64,000 nucleotides of DNA from Balanoglossus misakiensis. Taxonomy: Eukaryota > Animalia > Hemichordata. A program made the position numbers and the translations under genes. Location of the stretch: the NCBI GenBank assembly GCA_040954595.2, contig CM082584.2, positions 3,786,110 to 3,850,109 of the forward strand. The letters are read 5' to 3'. Under the pieces are notes generated by a model, which ran no database searches, was not told the origin of the DNA, and worked only from the letters and a program-made list of their open reading frames with translations. Of the stretch, positions 1-13,754 are shown in pieces; positions within the stretch are counted from its first letter, which is position 1, and the number at the start of each line of letters is the position of its first letter.

Positions 1-1683
1 TGAGTGTGTGGCAATTTCATTTTTGTTCACCTTTCAAATCGGTGGTGTGGTGCTGTATGCGAGCAAAGTTGTCCAATTCTTTCCTCCACTGAATATGCGC
101 GGGTGTGTTGTTCGGTGTAAAACTGGCACGTGCAGCGGTCAAACAAAAGAGTTGTAGTTATAGGTACTTGCAAATCTAGTACAATATTACAGTCGCATTA
201 CAAAGATCTGTCGCTGAGAAAAAAGGCGGGACACAGAACATTACATTAACGTCCGTTCACTACTCTCGAGACCGGCCTTGTAACCCTGGCGACGGCGCCT
301 TCGGGGATTTTGAGACCAGGTGGCGCGCTTGGATGTTGTTGAGTGGTGGTTTATTCGGCGGCATGGGCAATGGTCGTCCTATGACTCGGCCATTTTGGGG
401 GCTCTCTGGCGGTTTGGGCGTTATTGTGACGTCATTGTGATTGACTTCTCCGTTCGTCAACGGCGTCTGTGGTTTCTCGGCTTTGAGGTGTCAGCGAAAA
501 AAATTGGACAAATATGGTGATAAGGGTGATTTTTGCATATATCACGTCTCTTGGGAGGTTGGTTAGCCAATAGAGGTCATTCCCACCAACCACAATTCAC
601 GCGTTTTTGCTAAAATCAAGGAAAAAACTGAATTTGAAGGGCTTCAAAAATATGCATTCTCAGAAAAAGCGCCAATCATGGGTTATTGGTAATAAAAACG
701 AAATTGAGGAAAATGTCATAGGTTGAGGGCACCATTCATTGGAGAATAACCGGTCTCCCAATCTTATTAAAATCTAGATGTACCGGCCGACCAGGCACTC
801 CTTGCTGAGTTGTAATTCGGCTTGAAATGTAAATTCAGCATCTCGTCTCGAAGATCCAACATTTCCTTCGTTTCCCGGAGATTGGGTAGACTTCCTTGTC
901 TAGTAACGTTGGATTGGCTGAAAAAATGGACAAGAAAGGGTTGACTAAACACAATTGTAACACAATATTGTAAATTTACATTGAAGTAACTTTTAAGGGA
1001 TTAGACGTTTTCTTCACGGGCGACAAATAGCGGACTGCGAGAAAGCCCGCTAAGTACCCCTTCCTCTTTTGTTCGTTACCGCATTTGTCTCTTAATAACT
1101 GTCGCGTTGATTTTTCGTGCTAAGCCAATTAACTTTTGACGTCACATGGACGTCACCCTTGCTGAAAAAAAACACAAGACTCGCTTACCAATGTTTACTT
1201 TATCAACTTAATCCGTGGATGGGGCACACAGATTCAGACGTTAGCAGGTGTTTAATGGGAAATACGATAGCTTTTATTTTGGATTAGCAACTGATAAGAC
1301 AGTTTGGGAAGTAATGTTTATTGGGGGGAAATGCAGATCGGAACTCCGCCATTTATTATTTAAATGTTTGTAGCCCCTATGAAATAACATGATGAATTAC
1401 TAGGATATAGGCTCTGGCAATGGTTTGTCCGATTTTGTACAAAAGTGCGCAATTTGTTTCTTTGACACATTTCGTTTGCTACATCAATACTTCTAATTTC
1501 CACTTAGCCAAATTTTCGATTTCTATTTTAACAGGTACGTGGATAAATTTTGAATATTTCGTATGTCGTGGCTCAAAATGTGTCACTTGAAGTACATGAC
1601 GCACAACCTTGAACTGACACATACATTTTCCAAATGCGTTTTGTGGCCAGTTGTGAAATGCTATGGTGTATGTAAAGAATGAC

Positions 1684-1762
<79 letters not shown>

Positions 1763-1775
1763 CTTCTTCTTCTTC
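1684..1775. repeat. (GTT)n microsatellite followed by a short (CTT)n run
   Basis: A perfect GTT run is directly visible. It explains the spurious poly-Val ORF 1679..1873. Confidence 0.97.
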
Positions 1776-2502
1776 AGATTAAAGGGACACAAACGCCTAG
1801 CAAATTTTCACATATAAAGTATGTACATGTTGATGTGTGCATAATAGTGGGGACCACTCTCAACTGTAGATAATTCAGCAAGCTAGCAAATATGAATATT
1901 TTTTTTCCTCACTGACGCTGTTTTTTCGTTTAAAATATATCTGAAGATCCAAGCGGTGGACACATTTGCTACTGATGTGACTCGGTCACAACTAACTCGG
2001 TTTTCTGGAGTGTTGTAAATAAAAATTGAATTCGGTTTCTTCTTAATCCACGGGATGCAGGATAATCCATGTAAACATGTCTTGTATCACGTATGTTCGT
2101 TTGTGTGTGCCCACAGGCATAGGCTGGTGTCATTCGATGATGTTAACATTCGGCATGACTGATGTTTTAGTTCGATGGATCAGTACGACAGTTCACAGTT
2201 ATCATCTAAATGCCCGCTCCAAAAAACAGAACACCAAGTGGTAAAGTCACACTGAGCTGTAGGGGAACAATAGCCTCTTTCTTTCTTTCGTTGGTTCCAT
2301 TGAAGAACATTCAATTCTTTCTAGATAATGTAAAAGAAACCTTTCAAAACCCTCCTCCTGTTCAACCTAACCCACGGGGTGTAGGTAGAATTACCAGTAA
2401 ATGAGACGGGTGACCTTTACAACAAGCGAACTGTTGTTTTCGTTTTCTTTTTGCACACACTGTGCGCACGAAAGGTTTCCCGATATATCTGCGCTTTTGG
2501 CA

Positions 2503-4600
2503 AATTCAATTCAATTCAATTCAATTCAATTCAATTCAATTTTATTTCACTTTCAATTTTTACATCGAATGGTGAACAATGTACTGATAAAGTCAAAAAA
2601 AGGAGGTAGGAAAAATAGTGCACTCGCACTAGTCAAGTCCACCCCCTCATGGTGAACAGTAGAACACTTGGTTAGTAATACATACAAAAAAAGTCAAACT
2701 ATACTTTTCCTAACAAGGATTTCATCTGTTTCTTAAATGAACATTTTGACCTTGTTGAACGCATATTTTCAGGAAGTTTATTCCAAACCTTTGCTGCAGT
2801 GTACTGTATGGAATGTTGGCCAGCATTACTGTTATATTTCGGAATAAGAAGATCGCCTATATCTAAGTTTGATCTGGTATGATAAGAGTGTTGAATAGGA
2901 ACGAAATACTCTGAGAATCCTGGTGGAAGCTTGCCATTAAGAGCATCATGAACAAACAAGGACAGTTGAGGATCACGTTGCTTGTATACATTCAAAATAT
3001 GTAACTCATTAAACAATGGTGAAGAGTGTGCAAGACGGTCTGATCCCGCCAATACACGTACAATTATTTTCTGTGTGAGAAGTATTGGCCTCAAAAAAGA
3101 TAAATAAGTATTTCCCCAAGTTTCTATAGCATAGGAAATGTGTGGAAGGATAAAACAATTGTACAATAGTATAAGAATATGTCGTGGGACAACATCCCTT
3201 AACCTATAAAGAATACCAGTCTTCATACTAATCATTCTGTTTACATTTCTAATGTGATGTTTCCATGTTAACTTATTGTCTATTTCTACACCAATATACT
3301 TGGTTGTTCGTACTTCGTCTATTGTTTCCCCTTTAACATCAAATTTTCCTGTTGTCTCTACTGACACGTTCTTACCTCTAAATATAACATATTCAGTTTT
3401 CTTTGAGTGTACAGTTAATTTGTTTGCATCACACCAGTTATAACATTTTTCAATTGTGAATTTACTTCTGAAAGATCTATTATATTTCTTGAATTAAATG
3501 TATGAAATAGACTGGTATCGTCTGCAAATAGACGAGTGTCAAAATACCTTGCTGCTCCTGCTATATCATTTACATAGATGAGAAAAAGTGTTGGACCCAG
3601 CACAGAACCTTGTGGAACTCCACAGGTTATTTGTAATTCATCTGATCGTACCCCACCATAATTGTCCAGTTTGTCTATCAAAATGTCATGATTCACGGTA
3701 TCAAATGCTTTCTTCAAGTCAAGAAATATCCCGATGACCTTATTTCCCATATCAATTTCGTCCAGAATTTTCTGTGCTAGTTCCACAATTGCCAATTTAG
3801 TACTATAATTCTCTCTGAAGCCATACTGGTAAGGGTACAGTAAATCAAATTTGTTAAAATAGGAAATAATTTGCTTATTAATAAGTTTTTCAAAAATTTT
3901 ACTAATTTGTGGCAATACAGACACTGGTCTATAATTACCTGGATCAGTCGTCTCTCCTTTTTTGAAGATAGGAGTCACGTTTGCTATTTTTAAGGAATCT
4001 GGGAAAATTCCAGTTGTGATCGTTAAATTGATAATATAACTAAGAGGCTTAGAAATATATAATGCTGCATTGATTAACAATTTTGGGCTAATGTAATCAT
4101 AACCCACTGCCTTCCGCTTATCTAATGCTTGAAGTAATTAAAAAACTTCTTGTTCAGAGGTTCCTTGAAGAAAAAAGAATGCAATTTACAATGTGATAAA
4201 TATGACAAGTGACATCTGTTTGAATTAGTTTTACTACTAGCAAGAGCCTCTCCAATTTGGACAAAAAACTCATTAAACCCATTGACAATGTCACACTGGG
4301 TGACCAAGGCAGCCTGCCGACCAGCTGAAGACATTTGTAAACTATTTGGTAGATTTACATGTTTACCACCACCCCTCAAAATATCATTAATAATTTTCCA
4401 TGTCTTACTAGTATCTGCTTGATAGTATGTAAACTGGTCAGAATAATAATTTTGCTTAGCCATTTCAGAATATTTGTAAGCATGTTCCGGTAGCATTTGT
4501 ATTTTGTAAAGACGTCTGGCCGATAATTAGTTGTTAAGACATTTGATAGCTGCATAATTTTCTCCACTCGAAAATCATAAATCAGGTTCTCTCTACCTAT
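2503..4600 (-). mobile_element. 5'-truncated, degenerate non-LTR retrotransposon (CR1/L2-like LINE) ORF2 with reverse transcriptase
   Basis: ORFs 4122..4496, 3415..4107 and 2699..3367 carry RT motifs NYRPVSVLP, QYGFR, FLDLKKAFDTVNH, GVPQGSVLGPTLFLIYVND, LFADDT and KYIGVEID..LTWK.HI. They are split by frameshifts, with an internal deletion at LDNYG/GVRSD. The 3' end has AATAAA plus a (TTGAA)n tail at 2503-2547. Confidence 0.92.
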
Positions 4601-6889
4601 GACAAAGTTCCCTATAGACATGTCGTTTATCATGTATGTTCGTTTGTGTTTGCCCAATGGCAGAAGCTGATGTTAACATTCGGCACGACTGATGTTTCAG
4701 TTCAGCGTATTACTTCGACAATTCGCGGCTATCTTCTAAAAGCTTGCTCCGGAAAGAGAAACGCGTGCGCAAAAGTCACACGCAGCAAGTTTCTTTTGTG
4801 GTTTCCATTGAAGAACATTCCATTGAATGCCAATAACGGTCTTTTAAACCCGAGCTGTACTTGACCCAACGGGTGTAAACTGAATTACCAGTAAATAAGA
4901 TCGAATGACCTTGCAACAAGCAAGCGGCTGTTCTTCTAGACACAATCCTCAAGAATGATTTGTTCGAGATATCTGCACTTTTTGGCAAACTGCAAGATAG
5001 GGTTTCATAATTAGTTCAAGTTACCTAGCAACAAGCAATCGGTACTTTCTGCTCAAGAATGATTTTCTGAGCACTGTTTAGCAAATGGCTAGATCGTGTT
5101 TCATGAATAACATAGATTGACCCTGCAACAAGCAAGCGGCTGTTTTCAATTTCTTTTACACCCACTGCTCAAGAATGAAATTCCGAGATATCCGCGCTTA
5201 TTTGGGAAATGGCAAGATAAATTTTCATTTAAGGAGCTGAAATCAGTTTCCATGCATATTGTGAGTGAATTCTGTGCACGTAGGATGAACTCGACACGGT
5301 GCAGTAAACACAGTACATATGTAATTTTACGAAAGTACAGATAACCACACATTTACAACAGTCGTCTCCACAAGAGTCCTGCATTGTATGTCCGGTGCGT
5401 CCCTAACAGAGGAACGGTCCTTCACCCTTCGTTAACGTCGCTGTTCTGCATGCCTGCAGTTGCTTCAGAAAGTATATTATGATGTTTGACTAAAATATGT
5501 CAACTTTTGGTTAGCTCTGACCAGCGTTTCTTTTACAGAGACGTCTTTAACATCAGAAGACCAAAGTCTGTTGTCTGTGGATTTTAGGACTACAGCCAAA
5601 AATTCACGAGCGATTCGAATCACAACGTATGGAAATAAAGTGATTTTTATGAGAGAGTTTCGAGTCTTTGTGAAACAATGTGGCATCACATGTCTATAAC
5701 CCGCCAAAATTGTACCTGATTTCGATACTGTAGGACGTTTTGTTCAGTCAGTTCACCACAACACTGTTAGTGTGATGATAAAGCACCTTCTAAAACGTGG
5801 TTCCGGCAACAAAGGGAAAATCATTCTGTTTCTGAATTTTCACTAATGAAAATACAGGCTCACATCTTCACTGTTGCATGTATGATAATATGTGCAAATC
5901 TCTTGTATAACAACATGCGTGTATATTTCTTGAACTGTGATTGAACCGAATACTTTGTCAGTGAGAATTTACCAGCGTACACATCTTAATACAGTTGAGG
6001 CCGGTCCTCGCTAAATAGGCAAATCTCAACGTCATACGCCATTCTCTATTGAATCGAACTTTGTCGACCAGACTATACATTTAATATTCAGTTGGTAGAC
6101 AGGCTGTCGCTTTCTACCACTGCAATTGTTATGAGTGCTTTTTTACGCAATTGAACTAATTTATGACCTAATCTAAAGTCTAGCAATGTTATCGTTCGAC
6201 ACTTATTTCAAACGGCAACTGATGCGGAATCTAATATTCAAATTTCATCCATAATTTCAACTGTGGCAATTGTTTTCTTTTTCCCGCTGGCTGAAATAGG
6301 CCCCGGAATGACGTGAAGTGCGAATAGGGAACCCCGACATTTAACTACAATTCTACCCATGCATTGCACGTCAATGAGACACACACACAATACTTGACGA
6401 ACCCAATTTTTTTGCAGCACATCAGCCAACCAATAACGCCCATGGAATGGGTGCGTGACGTTTTGAAAATGTCAGTAATCATGGGAACCAATGAGCGAGG
6501 AGACACGACGATTAGCGCTCGATTTCTCAATTCCTTATCTATTCTCGTCGTCGAAGCTCCGGGAATATAAAGAGGCTTGGGTGACGTGAACTCGTGGATC
6601 AGACAAACAACGCTTAAACCCTTATTTGTCGCACGGGCCACAAATGGTAGACGAGTCATATACCAGCGTGGTAAACTGATTGGAGTTAAAGGTGAGTGTT
6701 AGCACATTCAAAGCTAAGATAACGTAGGTAACAGGTTGACGTATAGGGTAAGGTATGACATAGACCTCTCAGCCAAATAATTGGGATAAATTCATTTTCC
6801 TGAAACATGTCTTTTTAAATAATCAAAGCCAAATAATATGACCTATTACCGCACTGTATTGACATGAAATATTATTTTTGTGTTTACAA

Positions 6890-7925
6890 TTAGATTAGAT
6901 TTAGATTAGATTTCTTTTATTGCGTTCCAAGACCACCGGCCTATATGCAAGGGGGTTACAGAAATTAAACAAGTTCCTGGCAGAGACTGCAAAAATAGAC
7001 ACATCATCATCAGCATAAAGTAAAGTGAAAAGATCTGTGTTAATCGAACACCACGTTGTCTAGATGACATAAGCATAGCATTCAATTCATCAATAAAAAA
7101 ACTAAAGAAAACCTGTCTTAAAATGCAACCTTGTCTGATGCCAGCTGGGCAGTCAAAGGACTCTGATGTTATATTTCCAGCTCTGACACATGACTTGATC
7201 TCACTGTACATGGAATATAGAATAAAATACATTTATCTTTTGACTACCAGAATCTTATGCTTATACATTAGCTAACTATTGTTCACTCGATCAAACGCCT
7301 TCGAAAAATCGACAAAAAGGCAATCAAGTTTCCCACGTCTTATGCTTAAATATTTATGTACTATAGCATGGAGAACAAATATGTTGTCCATAGTGCTATG
7401 GTTTTTATGGAATCCAGCTTGGCAGTCTGACAAGATGTTTAAAGTATCCCACTATTTTTTCTTTAATATTGACGTAAAGATCTTCTCCAGTGTGTTAAGA
7501 AGTGAGATACCCCTGTAGTTGTTTACGTTATGCCTTGACCTTTTTGAATATGGGAATTACAATTGCGCTCGACCACTCTCTAGGAAACTTTCCAGAGACA
7601 AAAATAAAGTTAAACAGCTATAAGATTCATCGGGTACCCCGTCTGGCCCGGGAGTTTTACCAGATTTCAGCTTTTTCAGACAGGATAACACTTCACTCTC
7701 TGTAATATGATCATTAAGTAAATTACCCGTACCATCCTCTTCCGAGTCGTTAATCAGGGAAATTTCGTTGATTTCATCTTCTATTGAACATAAAAATTCA
7801 ACATCACCTGAATTGACGTCATAACAATCATTGTGTAAAGTACTAAAACATTCATACCAAGTCTGAACGTTGATGTCATTACCAGAGTTTGCCCTTCTGC
7901 TTATAACATAATTAAAATTTTCCAG
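6890..7925 (-). mobile_element. degenerate LINE reverse-transcriptase fragment
   Basis: Minus-strand translations give FVDFSKAFDRVN (~7280-7320) and YSEIKSCVRAG...GIRQGCIL (ORF 6906..7232). An (ATCTA)n-type tail with AATAAA lies at ~6890-6922. Confidence 0.8.
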
Positions 7926-9487
7926 AATTCTGTGATGCCTCTAACAGGTGGGTTCTAATGGAATTTTGATAATGTAACTTACTGGTCTGTTTAAAAGATT
8001 TCTATGCTATGGTAACTATAGCTAATTTTCCATGGGTGACCATATACCTTTAATATAAAGAAGAGATTAACATGGCAACATGGTATAACATGACAAGAGT
8101 TGATAAAGCCCTGTTGATATTGCCCGATGGGCTGTTTTGGTGTTCTGCGCGCGACTTCTGCGCGTTCCAAACTGTCGTTCAATGGCTTCCTCCACGATCA
8201 GTCAACTCCCGCATCTATGGCTTCAAAGCGACGCACAGGCTTAACACCTGCTCAACTGGACGATATTTTACTCCAAACGGACAGTAAATACACCAAAATC
8301 GCAACCAACAGCGCAGTATCCTCAAAATTATCTGAGTTCGAAGTAGGTATAGTTCTTGGGAGATCGAGACATTTTACATTCTCAGCAACGTACGACATGG
8401 ACGCAATCCTACGTTCTTCTATTCTACAGTGTATGCACGTTCAAAAGTTCGGCGTAATAAAATTAATAACACATGATGCTCGGGCAACATCAATATTATG
8501 GTCACAGAGCACCGTCTCGCGTGCAGGCGTCAAATCGTGATATTGCCCTCGCTATCATGTGTTATTATTTAATTATAAGCCTACAAGTATAAGACAACCT
8601 GCCCAGTGACAGATGAAAAGATGTGAAGAGTATGTAATTGAGAAGCTAACATTGTCTGCAGATTTAGAGTTGTGGTCGAATAGAATTGTAATGTCGGAGC
8701 CATGCTCTCGGTGTATGTCGGAACGTGCAGACGTAGGCCCCTATCACGAATGCGGGCACTCGAACAATTGCGTAGCACAAAAGAGGTAAGTGTGTGTTCA
8801 ACATGACTTGTCCAGAACTCTGCGTGTACGGAAAATTAGAATGATCGTAGTCTCGGTTACCTAAACCACTCTGCTTCTTCCGTTGCCCTCCAGAAAGAGG
8901 GTCTGGGGAAATACCATAGAAAAATCCCCAGGCAAAGATGGCCGACTCGAGGCAAAAGCGATGGTCGGCATTCATGACATTTGATATCATGATATGACGA
9001 TATTAGAATTTACCAAACTTCTCTCTCTATTCAATTTGTAGACAGTTTTAGGAGATCCAGCAATTCTCGGCATGTTTTTTTATTGTTGAGACATTATTTG
9101 TCATAATTAACTTATTTTCAGAAAACTACAATCTTAGTTGCCCATTGCTAGGCTTCCCAAAAGTGTGCCACTTGCAGCCTCTGCAAAAACATGATTTTTA
9201 TGACCACTTAGGTAACTGTCCCCTGTAAAATTGATTATATCAGTGAGTAATGATCTCTTGATTGTTCTTGCAAAGGGTGATGAACTTGTCTGACTGTATG
9301 TGTGTTAGTGTGTATTAAAGCTGCATGTATATATTTGGGGACCATGGAATAACCTCAGGAAATTCAAGGGTGAACCACAGATTTCTTCCACAATTTACTA
9401 GGGGTCCATGGAAAAAATCACTAGGAAAATAAAAAATCCTCCGGCCCCACCCTGGAAGTAAATTCTGAACAGTCTCTAAATCTCAGT

Positions 9488-9593
9488 CAATCTGATTAAA
9501 ATCAGATGTAGGGAACGGCGACTTGGTTTTTTTTATGCTGTCAGCATAAAAAAAACAAGTCGCCGTTCCCTACATCTGATTTTAATCAGATTG
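9488..9593. mobile_element. 106-bp hairpin MITE with 9-bp TSD (copy 1)
   Basis: Near-perfect palindrome CAATCTGATTAAAATCAGATGTAGGGAACGGCGACTTG...CAAGTCGCCGTTCCCTACATCTGATTTTAATCAGATTG. Flanks are AATCTCAGT / AATATCAGT. Confidence 0.85.
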
Positions 9594-11140
9594 AATATCA
9601 GTGTTCTAATGAACAATATGGTGGCTCTTCTTTTTCGCATGTGCCATAAACTAAAAAAATATGTGATTGGCTAGATCTCAATTTCCCATGGTCACTGTAG
9701 CTAATTTTCAATAATGACCCTCGCAGCATTTAATCTATCTGTAGTACTAGTATAAAAATTACTCAGATAAAACATGAATAAACAATGAAATAATTCTCTT
9801 TCTGTTATGTACATTTTTGCCACCAAAATTGTTAGCCATGTTACATTTTGGCAAGCATGTTGTAACAACTTGGCCGCAGTTATAATGGCCATGTTGTCCA
9901 AATTACTAATATAACTGATCAGGTCTTAACGGCGACCAAGTGAAACTTCCTTTCAAAAAAGCCACTCCAGTGGCAACCTGCCAACTAGACTCTCTCACAG
10001 CCCCTCTCGCTGTCCATGCAGGCTTATGGTCCGATTGCATGTGTGCCCGGTTCGCTATACAACACCAAATGGTGCTTCTCCCTTGCCAAACGGTTGAGGG
10101 CGCGTCAGTGAAGAGCCTTGTACCGAACCGTGGGCTGTGAGAGAGTCTACCTGCCAACCACCCAATGAGGCAATTTCTGAGAGGCCATTTTGGAAAGGCA
10201 AAATGAATCAAATCGAGTACACGCCCACCCACCAATGTTGTATGAGATTGTAGAGAGTAACAAACCTCATCATCTTCCACACACAAAAAGTGATTTTAAA
10301 TGTTGATAGTTTGGGGGCATGACACAGACATTTAAATACAATGTGCTAGTATATAGAAAAAAGTGTCATTTTATTTCTACTATCAGTGCAATTAAAAAGC
10401 ACCAAATAAACATTAGTACAGAAATCTCCCCAGCCTTGGTAGAGTACTGGACTGATAATTAATATTCATGAATAAGTTATATTCATCAAATGCAGGTATT
10501 TCATTCAAAAGCATTTTATTTTAACTGTCAGTGTAATGACAGTCTCTCTATTCTGAAAATGTAATTAATATTCATGAGCTAAGTAATATTCATCAAATAC
10601 AGGGCTTTCATTCAAAATCAGCTTCACTACCACTTTGGCAATTTCAGTTTTATCCATTTTCTTGTTTTATTATTGAGGGAGGATCCATTTTTAAAAAAAT
10701 CTACACCCTATAGTCTCATCAAAACTGCCATAAGGTTCTGGTAGAATCTTTCATACTTCATGTTGTTGACATCTTTTATGAAAATTGACGCAATAGTACT
10801 CTAGGAGTGTGACTAATTGCCATCTTGTCAACATAAGGGACATATTTATAAATTTCTTGTTGCCTAACTAGGTACTTCCTCAATCAAGTCTGACAATAAA
10901 GACAGCATAAGCAAAATTGCACCAAATTAATGCTGTTCATGGTGAATCTTGTTGTATTCATAATCAGTCTGATAAAAACAAATTCTGGAGAAAAAATACA
11001 TGAAATTGATAACAATCACATGTACAACGACAGCACGCTTATGGAATTCAGGAACTGTAACTAATACTACACTTTTGAATAGTCAAAAAAGAACCTCTAG
11101 TAAAATTTAACACAATGCACATATTTTTTTTGGAAACATT

Positions 11141-13754
11141 TTAATGGATCCTCATGTGTACCTTCAGGGCACTACTCTGTCTAAAAGTTTTCCCACATTC
11201 ACTGCATGCATATGGTCTTTCCTTTGTATGAATTTTCATGTGAACATTCAGATTGCTCCCCCAAATAAATGTTTTTCCACATTCATTGCATGCATATGGC
11301 CTTTCATTTGAATGAATCCCCATGTGTAGCTTCAGGCTGCTATTCCGATTAAATGTTTTTCCACATTCACTGCATGCATATGGTCTTTCATTTGAATGGA
11401 TACTCATGTGTACCTTCAAGGCACTATTCAGTGTAAAAGTTTTCCCACATTCACTGCATGCATATGGTCTTTCATTTGAATGGATCCTTATGTGTCTCTT
11501 CAAGGCACTGCTCAGTGTAAAAGTTTTCCCACATTCACTGCATGCATATGGTCTTTCATTTGAATGAATCCTCATGTGTCCCTTCAAGGCACCACTCAGT
11601 GTAAAAGTTTTCCCACATTCACTGCATGCAAAAGGCCTTTCCTTTGTATGAATTTTCATGTGAACATTCAGATTGCTCCCCCAAATAAATGTTTTTCCAC
11701 ATTCATTGCATGCATATGGCCTTTCATTTGAATGAATCCCCATGTGTAGCTTCAGGCTGCTATTCCGATTAAATGTTTTTCCACATTCACTGCATGCATA
11801 TGGTCTTTCATTTGAATGGATACTCATGTGTACCTTCAAGGCACTACTCAGTGTAAAAGTTTTCCCACATTCACTGCATGCATATGGTCTTTCATTTGAA
11901 TGGATCCTTATGTGTCTCTTCAAGGCACTGCTCAGTGTAAAAGTTTTCCCACATTCACTGCATGCATATGGTCTTTCATTTGAATGAATCCTCATGTGTA
12001 CCTTCAGGATACCACTCCGTGTAAACGTTTTCCCACATTCACTGCATGCATATGGTCTTTCATTTGAATGGATCCTCATGTGTACCTTCAGATGGCTATT
12101 CTGATTAAATGTTTTTCCACATTCACTGCATGCATATGGTCTTTCATTTGAATGGATCTCCATGTGTCTCTTCAGGTGGCTATTCTGATTAAATGTTTTT
12201 CCACATTCACTGCATGCATATGGTCTTTCATTTGAATTTATCCTTGTGTGTTGTTTCACATTGGTACACTCACCGGTTGCAAATTTTGTTCGAGTTGACT
12301 GTACATGTTTTGAGACAGTGTTATCGGTTTCAAACACTTCATTTCTATTAAGTGGTGCTTCACACGAATTTTGAGTTTCCATATGAAGATGTCCCTGTAG
12401 CTCACAAGCCTGTTCAGAAGGTTTTGCAAATGTGCTGTTTTCCAAACAGTCAGGACTTGCCTGGCTGTATGGCTGTGCCTTGAACTCTTCATTCTTACTG
12501 CTGGCAGGAAAACACTCTGCAAGTTCTGACAGTTTTGAGCACTCTCCATTTTTGCCATCATCATGCAGCACCTCTGCACTCCCAAGTTCAACATCTCCCC
12601 TGCTGACATCATCCAGGGGGCTCATCACAACCTCAACATGGCCATGGTGTGCCAAGGTGTGGATAATCAGTGACACATCTGTTGGATGAAAACAAATAAC
12701 TGGACGTGTTAAGAAAATTGTATTAAAGGAAAAAAAGTAATTGTAGAGTTAACCAAACCAGTCTGTATGCACACAGTCTACTATCTAGCCGTATTTTGTC
12801 AACTTCACTTCCAAAACTAATGTCTAGCCTCATGCATGTCACTGAACCAATAAAGCCTGATACCCCTTGCTGGGACTTGTGATGTAACTAGCGTCCCCTT
12901 GAAGTAGTCAATCACATAAACTGAACACTGGTGATTGGGTGTACGATTATGGTGAAGGCAGGGCTAATTACCCATCCTTATTTACACACTGTATATCCTT
13001 TGTCCTATCATTGGAAAAATCAAAGCCTGTGATTGACTTCAAGGGGGTGCTAGTTACATCACAATTCCCGGCAAGGGGTATCAGTGGCTTTGTTGGGCCA
13101 GTGGTATGCATGACGCTAGACGTTAGTTTTGGAAGCGGAGAGGACAAAATACAGCTAGATACAAGACTAGTATGCACATTACATAGAGACAGTTATTAGC
13201 AACAGTCTTTTATATTATGTTAAACACATACATTGGTATATCAAGTAGTAAAAACGTCTATACCAATATAGGGCTCCATGGCAAATAGGAAATTGATGTG
13301 TGTCTCAGCAGCTTGGTTGCCATCCTATCACACCTTGAACAGTCCTTGGATATGTGAGGTATACTCCAGGGAATTTTTGCTCAACAAGTGTGGTGTTGTG
13401 AGTGTTTAGAACAGTGAGTGTGCACAGACAGCAATTTACAGTTTTTCTGTGTTTTAAAAGTACCGTTGTAGAGTTGTGTCCACCAATTAGAGAGTTTTGT
13501 CCAGCAAAATTAAAGTTGTGTCTGCTAATAATTAGAGATTTTGGCTTGTCATATACGGGCCACCGTAATTACTACTAAATATTCCAGAAACAACATGATA
13601 GGTACTAGCTTGTGACTGTACGCTTACTTACCATCAACGGATTCTACACCATCTTCAAATCGATGCCTTACTTGTCTATGTGATGCCTCCAACAGTCTGC
13701 CAAGTTCATCACACTTTTTTGCATTTCTGTACACTTTGCACACTTCAGAACATT
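11141..13754 (-). CDS. C2H2 zinc-finger protein with 13 tandem fingers; exons 13632-13754 and 11141-12678, possible first exon ~16397-16451
   Basis: ORF 11141..12676 has 13 YACxECGKTF...LKxHMxIH units with SNERP/TKERP linkers. The AG acceptor is at 12679-12680. An upstream 123-bp exon is open in frame (ECSEVCKVYRNAKKCDELG...) with AG/GT borders and phase 1-1. Confidence 0.92.
11183..12022. repeat. 420-bp (5-finger) tandem duplication inside an 84-bp-unit zinc-finger array
   Basis: Lines starting at 11221 and 11641 (offset 420) are essentially identical over ~400 bp. Confidence 0.9.
12800..13145. mobile_element. MITE-like inverted repeat in the zinc-finger gene intron
   Basis: ~12800-12905 (TGATACCCCTTGCTGGGACTTGTGATGTAACTAGC) is the diverged reverse complement of ~13035-13145 (GCTAGTTACATCACAATTCCCGGCAAGGGGTATCA). 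Confidence 0.65.

Noticed and set aside
258-760. CACTA-like start (CACTACTCTCGAGACCGG) with a partial inverse CCGGTCTC
   Set aside because: Only 8 bp match, with no matching TAGTG terminus or TSD. It may be repeat-derived but cannot be supported.
1679-1873. Poly-Val ORF
   Set aside because: It is the translation of a (GTT)n microsatellite.
11322-11987. Two near-identical 81-aa plus-strand ORFs
   Set aside because: They are antisense shadows of the zinc-finger repeats.
11141-12260. Regular repeat with variable inserts resembling a CRISPR array
   Set aside because: The 84-bp period and open C2H2 frame explain it. The context is eukaryotic and there are no cas genes.
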